A DNA stretch of 63,275 bases, the filler included, from Armatimonadota bacterium (lineage in GTDB: Bacteria > Armatimonadota > Fimbriimonadia > Fimbriimonadales > Fimbriimonadaceae), in NCBI GenBank assembly GCA_031400935.1. It is 9 parts of 9 records of this genome, joined end to end, with 100 filler letters (N's around TTAATTAATTAA, not from the genome) between each part and the next. Parts side by side here need not be neighbours in the genome. Positions count along the whole stretch, not along the records: positions 56,254 to 58,758 come from JANNQV010000044.1; positions 58,859 to 60,959 come from JANNQV010000052.1; positions 61,060 to 63,275 come from JANNQV010000060.1; 6 more parts are not named here. One strand, given 5' to 3'. The translations under genes and the position numbers were made by a program. The notes under the pieces were generated by a model. That model ran no database searches and was not told the DNA's origin. It was given only the letters and a program-made list of their open reading frames with translations. Below, in pieces: positions 57,413 to 63,275 of this stretch (the stretch's first letter is position 1; each line of letters starts with the position of its first letter).

Positions 57413-58756
57413 TTATGGCTCCACGGAAACAATGTTGGTATGGAGATCATAACGGCTAACAGCTCCAGCCACGAACGAAGTCTCTAGCCACTGCGCTAGG
57501 AACCGGAGCTTTCGAGCACCGGACCTAGGATCAAGAAAGAACGCACCCTTGTTGTAGTGCCCGGTGAGCGCGAAGCCAGACCAACCCCTTTTTCTCCCGT
57601 TTGGTTCTAGTGAAAGCGTGAATGGTTCTGACCATGTTGCCAGGTCTCTGACGATCCGCCCCCGGACGGTGAGAATCCCCCAATTATCACTGTTTTTTCC
57701 GGACTGGTCCGTTTGGGTGGACTCCGTCCAATACAAGAGGGATACGGTAGTGGGATTGCTCGTAGGCAGGTCCAAGCGGTCCGTTTCGACGGCCACGGCG
57801 CCCAAGAGGGACCCACCCGAAGACAACGCTGAAAGTGTTTTGGAGCAACCTTCGACCAAAGACGCCTTATCCCCTGTCACCTTGACTACATGAGTGCGTA
57901 ATACTTCCCGCTTTATGTTGTCTTCGGACTCAACATGCGGATAGTACACCCGCACATAGGAATCTGGCCCTTTCTGCCCAGCGAATGTGGCCCCGACGCT
58001 AATAACGATAGGGCTCTGCACGAGACTGAATCCATCCTGAGAGGCTACGCGAAATTGACCAGGTCGAACTCGGGAGTTGAGAAGGTCGTCAATGCGGTAC
58101 CAGCGAACGTAGGCGTCGTAGTTCTCTCTTCTGCCGTCTTGAAGATTGAATACGAAAAGGTATTCAGAAGATGCCGTTGTCGTGAAAGGAGCTGTCGCTG
58201 GCAAATCAGTTACGACAAGAGTCCACTTCGAACCCCAAGGCGAAGCCGAAGTACGGGTTGATGCAAAGATGAGTCCGTTGCAGCTGCCTTTTCCAGTCCC
58301 GGTCAACGACAGAAAAACTGTGTTTCCAGTTGGGGGCACGCAAAGTTCAATGCGATCGAAACCACCTTGATTATCGGGATTGCCGTAACGACCACCGGCA
58401 AATGCCGGATCAAAGGGATCGATCACCGCAACGTAGGTCCAAGAAGCCCCACCAGTCGTGGACTTGAAAACAAGTTCGGCGCCCCTCTTTTGGGAACTCG
58501 CGCTTCCATTCGGCGAACCTGTGATGACAGCTTGCCGGATAAGCAATAGTGATCCGTCCGCAAGGCGAGCTATTTGATTGTCGTTCGAGCCAAATCCGAC
58601 CTGAGCCAAAGTTACGCCGGAGCCATTCAAAAGCATCGCGAGTGATTTTCTCGTGAGACTGACCGCTGGACAAGTGCTCAATGCTCCGGAACGGGCAACC
58701 GTGCCACGTCCTGCGGGATCGGTAAAGGCTGTGAAGGCACCTGTCCAAACCTCGTC
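57413..58756 (-). CDS. Hypothetical beta-propeller / sialidase-like protein (N-terminus cut)
   Basis: Asp-box-like KSTTGGASW; beta-rich; frame open to contig end. Confidence 0.6.
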   Translation of the reverse strand, partial: DEVWTGAFTAFTDPAGRGTVARSGALSTCPAVSLTRKSLAMLLNGSGVTLAQVGFGSNDNQIARLADGSLLLIRQAVITGSPNGSASSQKRGAELVFKSTTGGASWTYVAVIDPFDPAFAGGRYGNPDNQGGFDRIELCVPPTGNTVFLSLTGTGKGSCNGLIFASTRTSASPWGSKWTLVVTDLPATAPFTTTASSEYLFVFNLQDGRRENYDAYVRWYRIDDLLNSRVRPGQFRVASQDGFSLVQSPIVISVGATFAGQKGPDSYVRVYYPHVESEDNIKREVLRTHVVKVTGDKASLVEGCSKTLSALSSGGSLLGAVAVETDRLDLPTSNPTTVSLLYWTESTQTDQSGKNSDNWGILTVRGRIVRDLATWSEPFTLSLEPNGRKRGWSGFALTGHYNKGAFFLDPRSGARKLRFLAQWLETSFVAGAVSRYDLHTNIVSVEP

Positions 58757-59026
58757 CGNNNNNNNNNNNNNNNNNNNNNNNNNNNNNNNNNNNNNNNNNN
58801 NNTTAATTAATTAANNNNNNNNNNNNNNNNNNNNNNNNNNNNNNNNNNNNNNNNNNNNCGAGCACTACCTGAAACCTTTGAGGAAGAAGCTGAACGACAT
58901 CGTTTACGCCGACCTCAGACACGAAGAACGCAAGCAGGCCGGGCTAATATCGACACTTATCACTGCCCTTTGGGGACTTGGGGACAAGAAGAAAGCGGAC
59001 GCAACATTTACAGGAGGAAAAACCTA

Positions 59027-59596
59027 ATGGCAACATTCACAGAAACTAAAGAGACAGTATTCACGGTAATCGAGTGCGGCGGATGTGGGGTTATGTTCGC
59101 AATGACCGAGGCATATAACAAACAACGGCGGGAAGATCACAAGGGATGGTGTTGTCCCAATGGCTGTAACCGGATATACGAAGGAAAGACAGAGGCCCAG
59201 AAACTTCGGGAGCAACTAGCAACCGCCGAGCAGAATGCCAAGTACCACGCAGAGCAAGCTCGCCGTGAGCGACAGGAAGCCGAACACTTCAAGAAGTCCA
59301 GAGACGCCTACAAAGGGCGCGTGACGCATTTGAAGAATCGTGCCGCAGAAGGCATGTGCCCTTGTTGTAATGAGAAGTTCCCCAACCTGCACGAGCACAT
59401 GAAGTCTAACCATCCTGAGTTCTTGGAACAAGAGGAACCCGTTATCGAAATATCGATAACGGAGCCAGTCGAAGCACCCAAAACGTTCCAAGGAATGCCT
59501 TGTGGCAAGTGCGGCAGAGTGTTCACATTCAAAAAGAGCTTCAAGAAACACATAGCGATATGCAAAGGGCGAAAGAAAGCGGAGCGTGCAGGGTGA
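59027..59596 (+). CDS. Phage-type multi-zinc-finger coiled-coil protein
   Basis: CGGC, CCPNGC, coiled coil, CPCC..HEHMKSNH, CGKC..HIAIC; AGGAGG RBS; TAATG overlap. Confidence 0.8.
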   Translation: MATFTETKETVFTVIECGGCGVMFAMTEAYNKQRREDHKGWCCPNGCNRIYEGKTEAQKLREQLATAEQNAKYHAEQARRERQEAEHFKKSRDAYKGRVTHLKNRAAEGMCPCCNEKFPNLHEHMKSNHPEFLEQEEPVIEISITEPVEAPKTFQGMPCGKCGRVFTFKKSFKKHIAICKGRKKAERAG

Positions 59597-59922
59597 GCAA
59601 ATTTGAATCGAACGTAGATTTATTTCGAGAACTCAATGTTCCGTTTGAAAGCCAAGATCACGCTAACGAAGCACTTAGGGGATTCCTTGACGATGTTCGC
59701 GCCGCGAGAGAGAAGCACAAGATAGCCAATGTTTGCACCATCGTTCAGATAGATATGAAAACCGAAAGCGGGATTGTCCCCGGCTTTTCATCTGGATTCC
59801 TTGGTGACTTAACTATGCAATTGCCTATTGCTGCTAGATATTACGGACAATGCCAGGCGGAGCATCGGCAGATCATTGACAGAGCGCTATCTCAGGGATT
59901 GAAGATTGGGAGGGAAGAGTGA
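59593..59922 (+). CDS. Hypothetical phage protein
   Basis: GTGA overlap with previous gene; 109 aa. Confidence 0.7.
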   Translation: MSKFESNVDLFRELNVPFESQDHANEALRGFLDDVRAAREKHKIANVCTIVQIDMKTESGIVPGFSSGFLGDLTMQLPIAARYYGQCQAEHRQIIDRALSQGLKIGREE

Positions 59923-59971
59923 ACTTTCAAGAACAGAAAAAGACCTATAGATTGAGAGGCGGCGTGGAATT

Positions 59972-60238
59972 ATGAGCGAAAGACACCCAATCAGCGTAGC
60001 GCATCAAATCAAAAAGGTTATCCCTGTGCGGCACCAGAGCCGAGTTGACAGCATGATCCGCTCATTTTCATACAAAGCACCAGAACAAGTGGGCGAGTGC
60101 TGGCTGATCCTCACCGACTTTGTGAACGAGATGGTTCCATGCCCACCCCACGAAGTAAAACTCATGTGGCAAAAGAAAGCCGTTAGCATTTTGGTTGATA
60201 GGCAGTTAGATGATGGAACTCCCCGGAGCAGTTCCTAG
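59972..60238 (+). CDS. Hypothetical phage protein
   Basis: 88-aa ORF in co-oriented cluster. Confidence 0.65.
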   Translation: MSERHPISVAHQIKKVIPVRHQSRVDSMIRSFSYKAPEQVGECWLILTDFVNEMVPCPPHEVKLMWQKKAVSILVDRQLDDGTPRSSS

Positions 60239-60330
60239 TGCGTTCGTCCGTCTGATTGCTTGGTGGAAGAATCGGCGCAAGGAGACCAAATGAACAAATT
60301 TGAGATCGGGCACAGGGAAATAGAGAATAG

Positions 60331-60501
60331 ATGAGATGCCGAAGATGCTTTGGTCAAGTCGAACAGCAGGCCGATTCGACGCACACTGAATGCATTGATT
60401 GCGGTGCGATTGATTCACAAATCAACAACGACTCCACCGCAGAAGAACTTTTTGAATTGAACGATATTGATATTCCCGACTGGTTAAAGGAGAACAAATG
60501 A
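60331..60501 (+). CDS. 56-aa zinc-ribbon microprotein (not in ORF track)
   Basis: MRCRRC...ECIDCG...DIPDWLKENK*; ATGA overlaps at both ends. Confidence 0.65.
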   Translation: MRCRRCFGQVEQQADSTHTECIDCGAIDSQINNDSTAEELFELNDIDIPDWLKENK

Positions 60502-60638
60502 AATCATTTACTATCATCGTTCCAGATTGGATTTTGTGGGTACTCACCGTGTATCTGTTACTCCATTCGGCAATAGCACTTTACGATATTTCAATCAATT
60601 GGCAACTGATTAAGCAAAGATACAAGGAGACCAAATGA
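60498..60638 (+). CDS. 46-aa single-TM microprotein (not in ORF track)
   Basis: MKSFTIIVPDWILWVLTVYLLLHSAIALY...KETK*; AAGGAG RBS. Confidence 0.65.
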   Translation: MKSFTIIVPDWILWVLTVYLLLHSAIALYDISINWQLIKQRYKETK

Positions 60639-60959
60639 CACACAAAGAACTACTACAAAAAATAGCTGAGGTCGCGCCAGAGGGAATGGTCTACAGGCTA
60701 GACGATGATGGATTGCTTTTCCACCATCCGCACACCGGGCTATACACCATACTAGACCTAGATCAGCCAAGCGCAGAAGCCGCGTTCCTGATGCTGGACG
60801 CGATGGAGAAGGCTGGGGGGTTGGAACCTGCAAATCTCAACAAGCACGGTGAACTTTATCGCTGCGGGGTCTGCTCGACGGCGCGGCACTTTGAATACAA
60901 CATTGATTGGGACGCCGACTTTGAAACGCCTGACAATATATTTGAAGGCTACGGCGAAA
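60635..60959 (+). CDS. Hypothetical phage protein (C-terminus cut)
   Basis: AAGGAG RBS, ATGA overlap. Confidence 0.7.
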
Positions 60960-61059
60960 NNNNNNNNNNNNNNNNNNNNNNNNNNNNNNNNNNNNNNNNN
61001 NNNTTAATTAATTAANNNNNNNNNNNNNNNNNNNNNNNNNNNNNNNNNNNNNNNNNNNN

Positions 61060-61143
61060 ACAGAAGATTTCGTGACCGATCCGTCCGTGATCAACTGGAC
61101 TCCCTCGGTGGCGATTGCCAACGAACGGCGTCTGGCCGCATAA
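61060..61143 (+). CDS. 3' end of an unknown gene
   Basis: TEDFVTDPSVINWTPSVAIANERRLAA*, followed by a terminator. Confidence 0.5.
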   Translation, partial: TEDFVTDPSVINWTPSVAIANERRLAA

Positions 61144-61167
61144 CACCCACCACTACCCTCCATCGCT

Positions 61168-61197
61168 AAGTCCCCGTCCCATGGCGGGGGCTTTTTT
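61168..61197 (+). terminator. Intrinsic terminator
   Basis: AAGTCCCCGTC-CCAT-GGCGGGGGCTT plus T run. Confidence 0.8.
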
Positions 61198-61281
61198 GTG
61201 TCTTGGGTGACTTGGGTGAATGGGGTGAAATAGCATGAAATTCAAATGATGTCCAGTCAACTCTGGTAAATTGGTTTCATC

Positions 61282-61875
61282 ATGAAAAGGCTATTTGGAA
61301 TCGCTTCCATTTGTTTATTTGCGAGTGCAGGTTACGGTCAAATAAACCCTTCCACCACAAAAGTCTTGTTTCTTCCTAGCCTCAACACATCGGGCGACAA
61401 GTACAAGAAAATGGTTGAAGGGCAAATTAAGGAAGCCGACGATACGCTTCGAAGACTCTTTGGCGAACGCGGATTTGTACTTGCTACAGAAGAAGACGGC
61501 AGGACTGCACTCACTAAGTCAGGGATCGACTTTACAGACGAAGAGAACCACAGGAAAGACATTCTCTATAAGATCGGCGAGGAAGCTGGCACCGATCTGA
61601 TCGTATTCACGATCATCACTCGTACTTGGCAGAAAACCACTCAGGATCTTTTCTTTGACAAACTTGAGGGATTCGCCACAATGAAAACGTGGGTGCTGGA
61701 TGTCAAAAACAAGAAACCTCTTGTCTCCGGCACTACAATTGAAGGTGTCAGCAGGCGAAACGGACCAACGGGAAGCCTCAGACAAATTCGTGCCGTAAGG
61801 ATCGGCCTTGAGAGCCAGTTGAAGGAATTCTTGCAGCCTTTTGCGAAGATTCCCGACAAGGCATTGATTCCCTAA
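61282..61875 (+). CDS. Secreted hypothetical protein
   Basis: Signal peptide MKRLFG...GYG-Q; alpha/beta CsgG-like composition. Confidence 0.7.
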   Translation: MKRLFGIASICLFASAGYGQINPSTTKVLFLPSLNTSGDKYKKMVEGQIKEADDTLRRLFGERGFVLATEEDGRTALTKSGIDFTDEENHRKDILYKIGEEAGTDLIVFTIITRTWQKTTQDLFFDKLEGFATMKTWVLDVKNKKPLVSGTTIEGVSRRNGPTGSLRQIRAVRIGLESQLKEFLQPFAKIPDKALIP

Positions 61876-62507
61876 CTGTTTCTTGCCTTGATAATGTCTG
61901 AAAGCAAGCGAACCGATTGCCCGGATGCACAGAACAAGCCACCGATTAGGAACAGTCCCAAACCTCCTAGATAGCCCATCATTTGCTGTGAGATTCTCTG
62001 AAGGTTTACTACACGACTTGCCGTATCAAATGCGCTGGTTCCAGCTTCAACACTTGGGTCGAATCCGAACTGAAACCATAGTGCTACTCCAACTCCAATA
62101 AACATAAGCAGCACTCCCCAATTGAGAAGGTCGCTTCCTGGTTTTGGCCGACTCTTTTCCTCGAGTAATCTTCGCTCCCTTGCCTTTTTGGTCTTATTCT
62201 CTTGCCAAACAGCCCTCGCTGGTTCAGCCCGAACCATCAATTCTTCTACTATCGCCCCAGCAGCCTCCTTTTGCTCTACACCGAGATCGATGTATGAAGA
62301 GGTAAGTTCGCCCTGATCGTGAGCGGTGACGAACCAAAAGACAATTCTCCAGCCATTGCCTCGTGACTGAACTTCTGCCCTATGCATTCTGTTCCAAGGG
62401 ATTCGACTGTCGCGGCCGTCCCAAAATCCTTTGTTCTGAATGCGAACGCCCTCGTCATCTAATTCGAGGGTCGCTCGCTTCCACTGAATTTGCATCGCCA
62501 TCAACAC
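61872..62507 (-). CDS. Hypothetical protein: PH-like N-terminus plus two TM helices
   Basis: LELDDEGVRI...RIPW; two hydrophobic segments. Confidence 0.65.
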   Translation of the reverse strand: MLMAMQIQWKRATLELDDEGVRIQNKGFWDGRDSRIPWNRMHRAEVQSRGNGWRIVFWFVTAHDQGELTSSYIDLGVEQKEAAGAIVEELMVRAEPARAVWQENKTKKARERRLLEEKSRPKPGSDLLNWGVLLMFIGVGVALWFQFGFDPSVEAGTSAFDTASRVVNLQRISQQMMGYLGGLGLFLIGGLFCASGQSVRLLSDIIKARNS

Positions 62508-63197
62508 CTACGGAATCGTAGTCACCTGAAACACGCCCGAATACCCGCCAACGGGAACGTCGGCAATCTCATACCGCAAGCGGTACCGACGAACTTCTGG
62601 CTGGCCTGCGACAAGCGGTGCACGAGCGTCAATGTACGGCGCAAAGTGGTCAATCGCAAGCACCGTCCAAACAACCTCGTCAGCCCGTTGCGATTCGATA
62701 ATCACGCCATCCGCCGTAGCCTTCACCCAGTCAATTTGAACCTGGCTGCCGATCAAAGCGGTCAAAGTGAACGTAGGATCGCCAAGCACCGGCGGCCCGC
62801 CGACAGGCTCGATGCCGATGTCTTCGCCCATCACCGTGTTGTAACCAACTGTGTTCTTCGTCCGCTCGGCAAAATTGATGATTTGGCCAAAGATGTCCGC
62901 TGAAATCACGAATAATGGAGCAGGCGGATAAGCAGGCGCGACCGGAGTTGCGCCCATCGGTGTTCCGGCAGGCCCTTCCGACATGATGCTCTTGAATTCG
63001 TTGACCTCGATGCCGCTGTTCCTTAGCTGGTCGCTCCGGTTCAATATCCATTGGTACCAAGCGAGCCAGCCGTTGAAATTGGTCGAATCTCCCGCCACAA
63101 TGCCAGCTTGTCCGACGTGAAGCGCAACTTTTGCAGCTGCATTTTGAAGCCAAAGAAGCTTTCCAGCTTCGGTTGATGGTAGCCAGGACACGGGCAT
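62508..63197 (-). CDS. Hypothetical protein, helical N-terminus plus Fn3/Ig-like C-terminus
   Basis: WLP.TE..KL.WL.N, Y..MGEDIGI, GV.IESQR..W..LA.D..PY.D.R, PEVRRYR; GGAGG RBS. Confidence 0.8.
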   Translation of the reverse strand: MPVSWLPSTEAGKLLWLQNAAAKVALHVGQAGIVAGDSTNFNGWLAWYQWILNRSDQLRNSGIEVNEFKSIMSEGPAGTPMGATPVAPAYPPAPLFVISADIFGQIINFAERTKNTVGYNTVMGEDIGIEPVGGPPVLGDPTFTLTALIGSQVQIDWVKATADGVIIESQRADEVVWTVLAIDHFAPYIDARAPLVAGQPEVRRYRLRYEIADVPVGGYSGVFQVTTIP

Positions 63198-63275
63198 TGT
63201 AGTACCTCCACAGGTAAAAGTGGTTGTACCCGATGGAACATATGGTTTTCCACCTGGAACTGCGAATTCTCCGAC

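Larger units (their letters stand above)
58859..60959 (+). mobile_element. Phage/prophage-like fragment: dense co-oriented small ORFs
   Basis: Overlapping start/stops, strong AGGAG RBSs, zinc-finger ORFs, no housekeeping genes; no hallmark phage gene seen. Confidence 0.65.

Noticed and set aside
10561..61059. Eight perfect TTAATTAATTAA palindromes inside N runs, and apparent gene neighbourhoods across them
   Set aside because: Artificial concatenation linkers. Adjacency across them (e.g. glnA-panD, R-M-hom, TA-phage) has no biological meaning, and the small contigs may not all belong to one organism.

Overview
This window is not contiguous DNA. It is nine contig pieces of a draft or metagenome-assembled genome, joined by eight identical 100-nt artificial linkers (44 N + TTAATTAATTAA + 44 N). 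Gene content points to Armatimonadota (Fimbriimonadales-like): a DUF1559 prepilin-type protein starting [39 protein letters not shown], a CGGGG lipoprotein and an LptD-like protein. Most of it is core chromosome: truB, nrnA, rqcH, trkA pair, ppk2, pduO, feoAB, glnA, panD, glyA, hom, accB, trpB, guaB, rplT, two ECF sigma/anti-sigma pairs, GT4 glycosyltransferases and a ubiA-dprE2-dprE1 polyprenyl-phospho-arabinose operon. Accessory parts are a PaeR7I/XhoI-family R-M module behind glyA, a MntA/HepT toxin-antitoxin pair and a 2.1-kb phage-like contig. The most unusual signals are non-coding: (i) six intergenic hairpins from two unrelated stem families that share one 9-nt loop, GAGGAACGA; (ii) 7-, 9- and 11-mer tandem arrays, some in inverted pairs, with a G/T strand skew pointing into variable sites; (iii) a dif-like Xer site at 37633-37660; (iv) many apparently leaderless genes. 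Two apparent pseudoenzymes (DapA-fold and FAH-fold) also stand out. All family calls come from recognising motifs by eye; no database search was run.
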